Assembly (NCBI GenBank): GCA_963780095.1 | Contig: CAWABH010000053.1 | Span: 60,273-124,272, forward strand | DNA from: an uncultured Alphaproteobacteria bacterium | Lineage (GTDB): Bacteria > Pseudomonadota > Alphaproteobacteria > Acetobacterales > Acetobacteraceae | DNA length: 64,000 nt | Direction: 5' to 3' | Shown: positions 28,059 to 38,890 of the stretch, piece after piece | Position numbering within the stretch: position 1 is the stretch's first letter | How the letters are laid out: the number at the start of each line of letters is the position of its first letter | Notes under the pieces: generated by a model | Seen by the model: the letters and a program-made list of their open reading frames with translations, nothing else | Database searches by the model: none | What the model was told of the DNA's origin: nothing | Translations under genes and position numbers: made by a program

Positions 28059-29018
28059 ATGACGCCACGCCTGCCGCCCTTGCATACGCTGCGCGCCTTC
28101 GAGGTCGCCGCCCGGCAGCTCAATTTCAGCCGTGCCGCAGCCGAACTGAACCTCACGCACGGCGCGATCAGCCATCAGATGAAGGCGCTCGAACGCGAGT
28201 TGGGTGTAAAGCTGTTCGAACGCCGCAGCCGAGGCGTCGCGCTGACCGAACCGGGCAGGCAGCTTGCGGCCTCGGTGCGGGAAGGACTGGATCGCATCGC
28301 CCGCGGCGTCGCCGCGTTGCGCGTCCACCCTGCGCACAGCCTGACGGTCAGCGTGCTGCCGGCCTTCGCCACGCATTGGCTGATACCGCGCCTGGCGGAA
28401 TTCAGTCGGCGCCATCCGGACATCGACATTAATGTGCGCGCCGGCCAGGCGCTGGCGGATTTCGCGACGGACGGCGTGGATCTCGCCGTCCGATATGGTG
28501 AAGGGCGTTGGCCGCACCTGGTTGCGGTGCAACTGGCGCACGAGGATGTATTCCCGGTGTGCAGTCCGCGCTTCGATGGCGGCCGCTTGCCGAGGACACT
28601 GGGCGACCTGGCGAAGGCGACGCTGCTGCATACGCCGCTGCAGCCTTGGGACGAGTGGTTCCGCGCCCTGGGGGCGGATGTGGTGCTGTCCCGTCGAGGG
28701 ATGACGTTCAGCGAGACGGATCTTCTGCTGCGCGCCGCTATCGACGGACTGGGCATCGCCCTGTCGCGCCGCATGCTGGCCCAACCGGACCTGGATGCGG
28801 GACAACTCGTGAGGCCGGTGAAGTTCAGCGTGCGAGCACAGCGATCGTACTTCATCGTTTATCCCGACCATATCGAACCGCCGCCACGCCTCTTGATCTT
28901 CCGCGACTGGCTGCTGGAGCAGGCTCAGGCGACGATCGGGCTGCCGCCCCGGAAGCGTGCGCGTGTACCGACGCGATCTGCCATTCCCGCGCAAGCGGGA
29001 ACCCGGAGCCGCAGCTGA
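28059..29018 (+). CDS. LysR-family transcriptional regulator (GcvA-like)
   Basis: N-terminal HTH LRAFEVAARQLNFSRAAAELNLTHGAISHQMKALE plus a LysR substrate-binding domain. Confidence 0.85.
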   Translation: MTPRLPPLHTLRAFEVAARQLNFSRAAAELNLTHGAISHQMKALERELGVKLFERRSRGVALTEPGRQLAASVREGLDRIARGVAALRVHPAHSLTVSVLPAFATHWLIPRLAEFSRRHPDIDINVRAGQALADFATDGVDLAVRYGEGRWPHLVAVQLAHEDVFPVCSPRFDGGRLPRTLGDLAKATLLHTPLQPWDEWFRALGADVVLSRRGMTFSETDLLLRAAIDGLGIALSRRMLAQPDLDAGQLVRPVKFSVRAQRSYFIVYPDHIEPPPRLLIFRDWLLEQAQATIGLPPRKRARVPTRSAIPAQAGTRSRS

Positions 29019-29153
29019 TTTACGACCCGCCTGGGTGCCTGATTTCGCGGGCATGACGACGGCGCGTGCGGCAAGGCGCGTCCATCTGTCACGCACCTTT
29101 GCCCGTTCGCCCGGTGCGCGCTATGGGTGCGCCGGAACAAGCGAGGTTCCCGG

Positions 29154-29654
29154 ATGGAAGACGACACGGAGCCACGGCCGGAAAGCCTGCTCCCCTACGA
29201 GGACTGGATCGAGTCGGCGATGCGCCAGGTGGTGGCGCAGGCGGTTGCTCATGTCGCCGAGAACGGCCTGCCCGGCGAGCACCACTTCTATTTGACATTC
29301 CGCACCGATCATCCCGGCGTGGTGGTCCCGCCGCGGCTGCGCGCGCAATATCCGCAGGAGATGACCATCGTCCTGCAGCACCAGTTCTGGGATCTGAAGA
29401 TGGACACCGAGGCCGGGCTGATCAGCGTCGGCCTGTCGTTCGGCGGCGTGCCCGCGTCCCTGGCGATTCCGCTCGGCGCGGTGACCGGCTTCGCCGATCC
29501 GCACGTGCGCTACGGGCTGCGCTTCCGCGCCGGCACCGAGCCGGACGCGGCGGAGACGCCGGAACCCGACGCAGCGGAAACCGAAAAGCCGGACGCGACG
29601 CCACAGGTGGTCAGCCTCGATTCGTTCCGCCGCCGCCCGCCGACAAAAGAATAA
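29154..29654 (+). CDS. sspB: ClpXP adaptor SspB (alphaproteobacterial type)
   Basis: HHFYLTFRTDHPGVVVPPRLRAQYPQEMTIVLQHQFWDL..GLSFGG and an acidic/Pro-rich tail ending in a basic ClpX-binding-like segment (SFRRRPPTKE). Confidence 0.7.
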   Translation: MEDDTEPRPESLLPYEDWIESAMRQVVAQAVAHVAENGLPGEHHFYLTFRTDHPGVVVPPRLRAQYPQEMTIVLQHQFWDLKMDTEAGLISVGLSFGGVPASLAIPLGAVTGFADPHVRYGLRFRAGTEPDAAETPEPDAAETEKPDATPQVVSLDSFRRRPPTKE

Positions 29655-29673
29655 CGGAGACAGATAGCGCCCG

Positions 29674-31320
<1,647 letters not shown>

Positions 31321-31340
31321 TCCGGTTCAGCGTGTGTCAC

Positions 31341-31516
31341 GAAGCAAGCAAGTATTTTAACACGGAGAAGCAGGGAGGACCACGGAGTGCACGGAGAAGG
31401 AATTTATGCGCTTCGCGCGGCTGTGGACCGTCTTGCTTGCCCGCAGGGCAAAAGAAATCTGCTCCGTGCACTCCGTGGTTCTCCCTGCTACTCCGTGTTA
31501 AATACCTTGCTTTCCT
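31341..31516. repeat. MITE-like palindromic element, copy 1 (arms ..TTAACACGGAG-AAGCAGGGAGGACCACGGAGTGCACGGAG..)
   Basis: About 55-nt near-perfect inverted arms flank a roughly 64-nt core containing GCGCTTCGCGCG. A second copy lies at 46685-46818. Confidence 0.85.
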
Positions 31517-31561
31517 GCGAACAGCGACAGTGGATCAAATTGAAGAATAGGAAATAGCCTG

Positions 31562-31963
31562 ATGCGCTTCACCGTCGACCGCATCGACCACCTCGTCCTC
31601 AATGTGAGGGACGTGGAGATCACCGCCGCCTGGTATCAACGTGTCCTCGGCATGGAACGCGAGGAGTTCGGCGCGGCCAACCGCACCGCGCTGAAATTCG
31701 GCGGACAGAAGATCAACGTGCGGCCGAGCGGCACCGATCCACGGTCCTGGCAGACCGGCGCGAATGATGCACCGGGTGCCGGCGATCTCTGCTTCATCAC
31801 CGCCGTGGGACCCGAGGACGTGATTGCGCATCTGCACGACTGCGGTGTGGCCGTATTGTCCGGACCGGTGGAACGGGCGGGTGCGCTGGGGCCGATGCAA
31901 TCGGTGTATTGCCGCGATCCGGACGACAATCTGGTCGAGATCTCAACCTATCTCCCGCGCTGA
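31562..31963 (+). CDS. VOC (glyoxalase/bleomycin-resistance/dioxygenase) family protein
   Basis: IDHLVLNVRDVE...DLCFIT...DPDDNLVEI are typical VOC beta-alpha-beta-beta-beta motifs. 133 aa. Confidence 0.8.
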   Translation: MRFTVDRIDHLVLNVRDVEITAAWYQRVLGMEREEFGAANRTALKFGGQKINVRPSGTDPRSWQTGANDAPGAGDLCFITAVGPEDVIAHLHDCGVAVLSGPVERAGALGPMQSVYCRDPDDNLVEISTYLPR

Positions 31964-32511
31964 TGGATACATCGCCTCGCACCCGTATCGGTCTGGGGGC
32001 GTTCGTCTGCTTCCTGGCCTCGGTCCCGCTTGCCAACTGGATGATCCTGCATGTCGGCACGGTCTGCGTGCCGCAAGGACCCTGTCTTGTCCCGGTGGCT
32101 CCAGGCCTGCTTGCGCCGTCAGGCGTCCTGACGGTCGGCGCGGCGCTGGTGTTGCGCGATGTGGTGCAGCGCTGCCTTGGGCTCACCTGGGGGTTGGCAG
32201 CGATCGCGGTCGGCACGCTGCTATCCTCGCTGGTGGCGCCGGCGTCGCTGGTGCTCGCCTCGGGCACTGCCTTCGCACTGAGCGAGCTTGCCGATTTTGC
32301 CGTTTACACACCGTTGCAGCGCAGGCGGCTCACGCTGGCCGTGGTCGCCTCGTCCGTCGTCGGGCTGGTGGTGGATTCGCTGGTGTTCCTGACACTGGCC
32401 TTCGGCAGCCTGGAGTTTCTCGCGGGCCAGGTCGTGGGGAAACTGTGGGCGGTGCTGATCGCAATTCCATTGGTGCGCATGCTGCGTCGGGTCGCGCCGA
32501 CGCCCGCCTGA
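31963..32511 (+). CDS. yhhQ: queuosine-precursor transporter (YhhQ/VUT, DUF165)
   Basis: TM protein with SELADFAVY and VVDSLVFLTLAFG motifs. TGATG overlap with the VOC gene, and its stop overlaps the queA ATG. Confidence 0.7.
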   Translation: MDTSPRTRIGLGAFVCFLASVPLANWMILHVGTVCVPQGPCLVPVAPGLLAPSGVLTVGAALVLRDVVQRCLGLTWGLAAIAVGTLLSSLVAPASLVLASGTAFALSELADFAVYTPLQRRRLTLAVVASSVVGLVVDSLVFLTLAFGSLEFLAGQVVGKLWAVLIAIPLVRMLRRVAPTPA

Positions 32512-33551
32512 TGCGGCTTGCCGATTTCGACTTCGACCTGCCGCACGAGCGTATCGCGCAGCATCCTGCCCGTCCGCGCGATGCCGCGCGTCTGCTGCAT
32601 GTTTCGCATGACGGGATGGCGGATCGCGTGGTGCGCGATCTGCCGAGGCTGCTGCGCGCCGGCGATGTTCTGGTGGTCAACGACACGCGCGTGATACCGG
32701 CGCAACTGACCGCGCAACGCGGCGCGGCACGGATCGGTATCACATTGGATCAGCCGCGCGCCGATGGTGCATGGCATGCGCTGGCGCGCAATGCGCGTCG
32801 CTTGCACGCCGGCGACGAACTGACGTTCGAAGGCAATGCGAATCTGCGCGCCACCGTGTTGGAGCGCGACGCGGATGGCGGTGTCACGCTGGCATTCAAC
32901 CGGCATGACGCCGCGTTCGCCGAGGCGCTGCGGGGGGCCGGGGTTCTCGCGTTGCCGCCCTATATCGCTCGTCCCGGGGGCCCGCTGCCCGCGGACCAGG
33001 ACGACTACCAGACGATCTTTGCCGAGCGCGAAGGCGCGGTTGCCGCACCGACCGCCGGGTTGCATTTCACACCGGCGCTGCTTGCGGAACTGGAGCGAAG
33101 CGGCATCCAGCGCGTCACCCTCACGCTGCATGTCGGCGCCGGCACCTTCCTGCCCGTGCGCACGGACGACATCACGCGGCATCACATGCATGCCGAGCGC
33201 GGGGAGATCACGTCACGCGTCGCGGCCGCGATCAATGCCGCGCGCAGCGCGGGCGGACGGGTGGTGGCGGTCGGAACCACCAGCCTCCGCCTGCTGGAAA
33301 CCGCTGCATCCGAGGAGGGCTGCGTCCGTCCCTTCGCAGGCGATACCAGACTGTTCATCCTGCCAGGCTACCGGTTCCGCGCCGTCGATCTGCTGCTGAC
33401 CAATTTTCACCTTCCCCGCTCTACATTGTTCATGCTGGTCTGTGCCTTTGCCGGAACCACGCGGATGCGCGAGTCCTATGTGCACGCGATCGAAGCGGGC
33501 TATCGCTTCTATTCGTATGGCGATGCGTGCTTGTTGGAACGTGATGGCTGA
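32511..33551 (+). CDS. queA: S-adenosylmethionine:tRNA ribosyltransferase-isomerase
   Basis: MRLADFDFDLPHERIAQHPARPRD...VGTTSLRLLE...FRFYSYGDA. 346 aa. Confidence 0.9.
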   Translation: MRLADFDFDLPHERIAQHPARPRDAARLLHVSHDGMADRVVRDLPRLLRAGDVLVVNDTRVIPAQLTAQRGAARIGITLDQPRADGAWHALARNARRLHAGDELTFEGNANLRATVLERDADGGVTLAFNRHDAAFAEALRGAGVLALPPYIARPGGPLPADQDDYQTIFAEREGAVAAPTAGLHFTPALLAELERSGIQRVTLTLHVGAGTFLPVRTDDITRHHMHAERGEITSRVAAAINAARSAGGRVVAVGTTSLRLLETAASEEGCVRPFAGDTRLFILPGYRFRAVDLLLTNFHLPRSTLFMLVCAFAGTTRMRESYVHAIEAGYRFYSYGDACLLERDG

Positions 33552-33564
33552 CTTGCCCCCAAAC

Positions 33565-33674
33565 CGTCATGGCCGGGCTTGGCCCGGCCATCCACGACTT
33601 TCCTTGCGCACACGAGCAGCGCCGCCCGTGTCGGTGCAAAGACATGGGTGGCCGGGCCAAGCCCGGCCATGACG
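33565..33674. repeat. REP-A palindromic element (its right arm supplies the candidate tgt ATG)
   Basis: CGTCATGGCCGGGCTTGGCCCGGCCATCCACG ... GGTGGCCGGGCCAAGCCCGGCCATGACGG. Confidence 0.85.
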
Positions 33675-34812
33675 GTGTGGGAGCGGGCGTTGCCGACATT
33701 CTCCCATCGCATCGTCGCCAGCGATGGGGCCGCGCGCGCGGGCGTGCTGCACACCGCGCATGGCGACGTGGACACCCCCGCCTTCATGCCGGTCGGCACC
33801 GCCGGCACAGTGAAGGCGATGACCGCCGACGCGGTGCGCGCCACCGGTTCCGGCATCGTGCTGGGCAACACCTATCACCTGATGCTGCGGCCTGGCGCCG
33901 AACGCATCGCGCGGCTCGGTGGACTGCATCGCTTCATGGACTGGCCCGGCCCGATCCTGACGGATTCCGGCGGCTTCCAGGTCATGTCGCTGGCCAAACT
34001 TAGGAAGCTCGACGCCGACGGGGTGACGTTCCGATCGCATCTGGACGGCTCGACGCATCGCCTGACGCCGGCGCGCTCGGTCGAGATCCAGCATCTGCTC
34101 GACGCGACGATCACCATGGCGCTCGACGAGTGCACGCCCTTCCCTGCCACGCCAGAGCAGGCACAGACGTCCATGCAATTGTCGATGCGATGGGCGCGAA
34201 CGATCGCGCGAGGCCTTCATTCCACGGCCAGGCTACGCACTGTTCGGCATCGTGCAGGGCAGCATCTATCCGGAACTCCGCGAAGCATCCGCCCGCGCGC
34301 TGACCTCGATCGGCTTCGACGGCTACGCGATCGGTGGCCTGGCGATCGGCGAAGGCCAGGCCACCACCTTGGCCGTCCTCGATGCCACCATGCCGCACCT
34401 GCCGTCGGTTGCGCCGCGTTACCTGATGGGGGTCGGAACGCCAGACGACATCATCGGAGCGGTGCAACGCGGCATCGACATGTTCGACTGCGTTATCCCC
34501 ACGCGTGCCGGCCGCACGGCGCGCGCCTACACCTCCCGCGGCGTTTTCAACCTGCGCAATGCCCGCTTCGCCGACGACACGCTGCCGCTCGATCCCGACT
34601 GCGACTGTCCAGCGTGCACGCGCCACAGCCGTGCCTACCTGCACCATCTGTTCAAGGCCGAGGAGATGCTTGGGCCGATGCTGCTCACGTGGCACAACCT
34701 GAGCTACTATCAGGCCCTGATGCGCGGCCTGCGCGCCGCCATCGCCGAGCGCCGGCTGGACACGTTCGCCAGCGTCGTGCGTGCCGGCTGGGCGCAAGAG
34801 GAACCGACATGA
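33669..34812 (+). pseudogene. tgt: tRNA-guanine transglycosylase; +1 frameshift at 34197 as assembled
   Basis: The N-part (frame 3) reads ..[38 protein letters not shown] and the C-part (frame 1) reads [59 protein letters not shown]. An extra C lies in TGGGCG-C-GAACGA. The start is ATG 33669 or TTG 33690. Confidence 0.85.
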
Positions 34813-35274
34813 CGGAAGAGAACTACACCGGCCTGACCCAGCTCGGTCACCATGTCGAGCAACCCGCCAGCCCCGGCGCGGCGACGCTGGAGCGCGTACC
34901 AAATCCGTCGCGCGGCAAGCACTATGTCGTGCGCTTCACCTGCCCCGAGTTCACCTCGCTCTGCCCGATCACCGGCCAGCCTGACTTCGCCCACATCGTC
35001 ATCGACTACATCCCGCGCGACTGGATCGTGGAGAGCAAGTCGCTGAAGCTGTACCTCACCGCGTTTCGCAACCATGGCGCATTCCACGAGGCCTGCACGA
35101 TGGCGATCGCCGAGACGGCTGACGGCATTGCTCGATCCGGTGTGGCTGCGCATCGGCGGCTACTGGTATCCGCGCGGCGGCATTCCGATCGACGTGTTCT
35201 GGCAGACCGGCGCACCGCCCGACGGCGCCTGGATCCCGCCACAGGACGTGGCGCCGTATCGGGGACGCGGGTGA
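34809..35274 (+). pseudogene. queF: NADPH-dependent 7-cyano-7-deazaguanine reductase; +1 frameshift at 35115 as assembled
   Basis: ..[50 protein letters not shown]|[29 protein letters not shown].. ATGA overlap with the tgt stop. Confidence 0.85.
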
Positions 35275-35339
35275 TGCCCTAGGATTGAGCGCGGAGGTCG
35301 GGAGGGATCCACGATGAATGTCGCCTGCGCCAGCCGGTC

Positions 35340-35876
35340 ATGTCGCTCGAGGAATTCCTGGCCTGGGACGATCGCCAGGAGGGCCGTTGGGAGTTTGACG
35401 GCTACCAGCCACAGGCAATGGTCGGCGGTACCGTGGCTCACAATCAGATCGCTGGCGCGGTTGAGTTTGCGCTGCGTCAGCGGTTGAAGAGCCCATGCCG
35501 CGTCTATCACGAGGGGATGCGTCTGCGGTTGGCGCACACGATCCGCTACCCTGATCTCATGGTCGCATGTACGCCGGTGGCGAACGCCGCCACCGAGATC
35601 ACCGACCCTGTCGTCGTGATCGAGGTCCTAAGCGCCAGCACATCTCGGACCGATCGGATCGCCAAGAACCGCGAGTACGAGGCAACCCCCAGCATCCGGC
35701 GCTACATCCTGTTGGAGCAGGATGCCATCGCCGCCGAGGTGTACGCCCGCGAAGGCGACCGATGGGTGCGCTCCACCGTGATCGGCGACGGTGTTCTTGC
35801 GATGCCGGAGATCGACGTGGAAATCCCGCTGGCCGACGCTTATGCGAACCTGGAGCTTGGCACCGAAGCTGGCTGA
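35340..35876 (+). CDS. Uma2-family (DUF820) endonuclease, copy 2
   Basis: [29 protein letters not shown]...RYPDLMV....[40 protein letters not shown]. Inserted between queF and queG. Confidence 0.75.
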   Translation: MSLEEFLAWDDRQEGRWEFDGYQPQAMVGGTVAHNQIAGAVEFALRQRLKSPCRVYHEGMRLRLAHTIRYPDLMVACTPVANAATEITDPVVVIEVLSASTSRTDRIAKNREYEATPSIRRYILLEQDAIAAEVYAREGDRWVRSTVIGDGVLAMPEIDVEIPLADAYANLELGTEAG

Positions 35877-36918
35877 TTCGCGCAATGCAGCCGAACTGAT
35901 CCGCGACCGCGCGCTGGCGCTTGGCTTCGATGCCATCGGCTTCTGCCGCGCTGAACTTGGTGCCGAAGCACGCACGCGGCTGGCGGAATTCCTCGCCGCC
36001 GGGCAGCACGGCGACATGGGCTGGCTCGCGCGCCGCACCGAACAGCGATCGCATCCGCGGTCGCTGTGGCCGGCGGCACGCAGCGTCATCGCGCTCGGCC
36101 TGTCCTATGCGCCGCAGGACGATCCCCTCGCCACACTGTCCCTGGCCGATCGCGGCAGCATCTCGGTCTATGCCCGCAATCGCGACTATCACGATGTGCT
36201 CAAGGGCATGCTGAAGCATCTCGCGCAGTTCATCGTGTCGCGCTTCGGGCCCGACGTGAAGGTGTTCGTCGACACCGCGCCGGTGATGGAAAAGCCGCTT
36301 GCGGAACGCGCGGGGATCGGCTGGCAGGGCAAGCACACGAATCTTGTGTCGCGCACGCACGGTTCGTGGCTGTTCCTGGGCGAGATCTACACCACGCTCG
36401 ACCTGCCACCCGACGATCCGCATGCGGACCGCTGCGGAAGCTGCACGCGCTGTCTCGACATCTGCCCGACCGATGCGTTCCCCGCGCCCTACCGGCTGGA
36501 TGCGACACGCTGCATCTCATACCTCACCATCGAGCACCAGGGGCCGATCCCGCACGAGCTGCGCCCGCTGATGGGCAATCGGATCTACGGCTGTGATGAC
36601 TGCCTCGCCGTCTGTCCATGGAACCGGTTCGCGCATGCAACGCCGAACGATAAACTGGTTGCACGCGATGAACTGACGGCACCGCGGCTCGCTGAGTTGG
36701 CCGCCCTGGACGACGCCGGCTTCCGCGCAATGTTCACCGGGTCGCCGATCAAGCGCATTGGCCGCGACCGCTTCGTGCGCAACGTGCTGATCGCCATCGG
36801 CAACAGCGGCGATCCAGGGCTGACCGCAGTCGCGGCGCGGCTGACCGCCGACCGCAATTCGATCGTCGCCGAGGCAGCCGCCTGGGCGCACGATCGCCTC
36901 GCTGGAGCGGGCAGATGA
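35842..36918 (+). CDS. queG: tRNA epoxyqueuosine(34) reductase
   Basis: [27 protein letters not shown] and [16 protein letters not shown] are the QueG Fe-S/cobalamin family motifs. The start is uncertain (ATG 35842 overlaps the Uma2 3' end). Confidence 0.85.
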   Translation: MRTWSLAPKLADSRNAAELIRDRALALGFDAIGFCRAELGAEARTRLAEFLAAGQHGDMGWLARRTEQRSHPRSLWPAARSVIALGLSYAPQDDPLATLSLADRGSISVYARNRDYHDVLKGMLKHLAQFIVSRFGPDVKVFVDTAPVMEKPLAERAGIGWQGKHTNLVSRTHGSWLFLGEIYTTLDLPPDDPHADRCGSCTRCLDICPTDAFPAPYRLDATRCISYLTIEHQGPIPHELRPLMGNRIYGCDDCLAVCPWNRFAHATPNDKLVARDELTAPRLAELAALDDAGFRAMFTGSPIKRIGRDRFVRNVLIAIGNSGDPGLTAVAARLTADRNSIVAEAAAWAHDRLAGAGR

Positions 36919-37062
36919 GCACGACACGCACCGAAACTGGCAGCTTGGTAAGGACAAAATCCAAACGGGGCCCGCGACGCGGGCTGAGTGGCGGAACATC
37001 AGAAATGGCGGCGTGATCGAAACCGGAACCGGGCCTATCGTGGCCGCCACACTGTCCAACGG

Positions 37063-37311
37063 ATGAGGACCACCTCAGCCGGGAGGCCGCAACTGAGTGG
37101 ACTGATCAAGCGAAGCTTCTCGCTCGCCGGTCACCGCACCAGCGTCGCTCTGGAGGAGGAGTTCTGGGCGGCGCTGATGCAGATCGCTCGCGGGCGCAAC
37201 CAGACGCTGACGGGTTTGATCGCAGCCACTGACGCCGATCGCGACCCGGGCCGGCCACTCGCCTCCGCTTTGCGGGTGCTGGCACTGCGCGAATTTTCCC
37301 AGCGCGCTTAA
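37063..37311 (+). CDS. ribbon-helix-helix domain protein (RHH_4-like)
   Basis: KRSFSLAGHRTSVALEEEFWAALMQIA..RNQTLTGLIAATD matches the family pattern as I recall it. 82 aa. Confidence 0.6.
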   Translation: MRTTSAGRPQLSGLIKRSFSLAGHRTSVALEEEFWAALMQIARGRNQTLTGLIAATDADRDPGRPLASALRVLALREFSQRA

Positions 37312-37380
37312 CCTATCACTAAACCGTGAGTTGCAATATCGGAAAAGTTACACAGGCAATTATAGCGAAGGTTCGATTCC

Positions 37381-37560
37381 ATGAGGCACGCATCGACCAT
37401 GAGCGCAGCAGCGAAGCCCGCATACAGCGAGCTTGTCCTCTCCGATCGGTTGATAACGCTGGCCAAGGATGCGGACCGCGCCGGCTACACCGATACGGCG
37501 GAACACCTGTTGACGCTCGCATGCAGCGTATTCGACGAGGCGCAGAAGAAGGCGCACTGA
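37381..37560 (+). CDS. small hypothetical protein (59 aa)
   Basis: ATG..TGA frame just below the ORF-track cutoff: MRHASTMSAAAKPAYSELVLSDRLITLAKDADRAGYTDTAEHLLTLACSVFDEAQKKAH. It has a helical, protein-like composition, but there is no homology evidence. Confidence 0.35.
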   Translation: MRHASTMSAAAKPAYSELVLSDRLITLAKDADRAGYTDTAEHLLTLACSVFDEAQKKAH

Positions 37561-37603
37561 AGCGGCCTGCCGAAGGGTTGTCGCAGCCGCGGAGGTTGGC
37601 GGA

Positions 37604-37678
37604 TGGTGGGCGCGACAGGGATTGAACCTGTGGCCCCCGCCATGTCAAGGCGGTGCTCTCCCGCTGAGCTACGCGCCC
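37604..37678 (-). tRNA. tRNA-Val(GAC): tRNA-Val (anticodon GAC)
   Basis: The reverse complement folds as a cloverleaf: GGGCGCG/TA/GCTC-AGCGGGA-GAGC/A/CCGCC-TTGACAT-GGCGG/GGGCC/ACAGG-TTCAATC-CCTGT/CGCGCCC-A-CCA. Confidence 0.95.
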
Positions 37679-37772
37679 ATCCGTCGTCGCGAACCGGGCT
37701 TCTAACGCGTCATCGGCGCGGCAGGCAAGCTTGGCTCGTGACAGCGGTCGCCATGCCGGCTTCAATAAGGGA

Positions 37773-38654
37773 ATGGATGTCCCGGTTGTCTCGGAAATAG
37801 CTTCCCAGCCCCCCATCGTAGTGCTGCAACCGGCACGCCAGACCATACCGGTGATCTTTGCGTCGCCGCACTCGGGACGGACATATCCCGCCGACTTCGT
37901 TGCCGCCGCCCGCCTCGATCCGCTCGGTCTGCGCCGCAGCGAGGACAGCTTTGTCGATGAGTTGTTCGCCGCGGCGCCCGAACACGGCGCGCCCCTGCTC
38001 ACGGCCACATTTCCGCGCGCCTATTGCGACGCGAACCGCGAGCCATGGGAGCTGGATCCTGCGATGTTCGCCGACGCGCTGCCGCCCTGGGTGAACACCA
38101 CCAGCGCCCGCGTCGGCGCCGGACTCGGAACGATTGCCCGAATCGTTGCCTCGGGCGAGTCGATCTACCGCGGCAAGCTGTCGTTCGCCGAGGCGGAACG
38201 GCGCGTCCGCACATGCTGGCAGCCGTTCCACGACACGCTTGCCGGACTGATCGCGGCGACGCGGGCCGAGTTCGGCTTTTGCCTGCTCATCGACTGCCAT
38301 TCCATGCCCTCGCACGGCCATACCGTCCGATCTGGCGGAAAGCCGGGCACATTCGTGCTCGGCGACGCGCATGGAACGGCCTGCGCACCGCGTACGGCCC
38401 GCCTGGTCGAGGATCTGCTGTCCGAACTCGGGCATCCTGTGCGTCGCAACGATCCTTATGCCGGCGGATATATCACGCGCCATTACGGCAGGCCGCGCGA
38501 AGGCGTCCATGCGCTGCAGATCGAGATCGCGCGCGAACTCTACATGGACGAGAGCCGCATCGAGCGCCTGGCGGGCTTCGCAGCGGTCCGGGCCGCCGTG
38601 ACCAGGTTCATCGCCGGACTTGCCCGCAATGCTGCGACACTGGCCGAAGGCTGA
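37773..38654 (+). CDS. N-formylglutamate amidohydrolase family protein
   Basis: VIFASPHSGR.YP, RSEDSFVDELF, FPRAYCDANRE and LLIDCHSMPS are FGase family motifs. Confidence 0.8.
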   Translation: MDVPVVSEIASQPPIVVLQPARQTIPVIFASPHSGRTYPADFVAAARLDPLGLRRSEDSFVDELFAAAPEHGAPLLTATFPRAYCDANREPWELDPAMFADALPPWVNTTSARVGAGLGTIARIVASGESIYRGKLSFAEAERRVRTCWQPFHDTLAGLIAATRAEFGFCLLIDCHSMPSHGHTVRSGGKPGTFVLGDAHGTACAPRTARLVEDLLSELGHPVRRNDPYAGGYITRHYGRPREGVHALQIEIARELYMDESRIERLAGFAAVRAAVTRFIAGLARNAATLAEG

Positions 38655-38890
38655 ACCGGCGGCGCAAAAAAATGGCGACGCTTGTGGCGCCGCCAAGTTT
38701 AGGGAGGAAACGTCCAAGAAAGCAGACAGCGCGACCAGGGGCCGCATTGCTGCGATGCACAATCTAGGCGACCGGTCGTTCGTCTGCAAGTGATATTTTG
38801 CAATGCAGCATTGTTCGCGGGCGGGGACCCTTGGTGCGTAAAGCGAACGATGGCAACGGCCTGCTAACCGTTGGCGGTTATCGTCTGGCC

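Noticed and set aside
33579-35282. A single 567-aa ORF that appears to fuse tgt and queF.
   Set aside because: It is a chimera: the tgt N-terminus, then an out-of-frame stretch, then the queF N-terminus, then another out-of-frame stretch. The correct C-terminal halves are in frame 1 (34198-34812 and 35116-35274).
35314-35342. A possible upstream start (ATG 35314 after GGGAGGG) for Uma2 copy 2, which would need another frameshift.
   Set aside because: ATG 35340 already gives an N-terminus colinear with copy 3 (MSLEEF / MSLEAF), so invoking an extra indel is unnecessary.
37360-37392. GGTTCGATTCC, a tRNA T-loop-like motif, which could mark a tRNA fragment or att site near tRNA-Val.
   Set aside because: The flanking bases do not form a T-stem or acceptor stem. 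There is no similarity to the adjacent tRNA-Val 3' end, and no integrase is nearby.
37312-37772. tRNA-Val as an integration site for a genomic island.
   Set aside because: There is no integrase or recombinase gene, no direct repeat of the tRNA 3' end, and the neighbouring genes (RHH protein, FGase, queG) look like core genes.
38801-38813. A perfect 13-nt palindrome, CAATGCAGCATTG, upstream of the lytic transglycosylase gene.
   Set aside because: It is short, occurs once, and matches no operator consensus I know. It cannot be distinguished from chance without comparative data.
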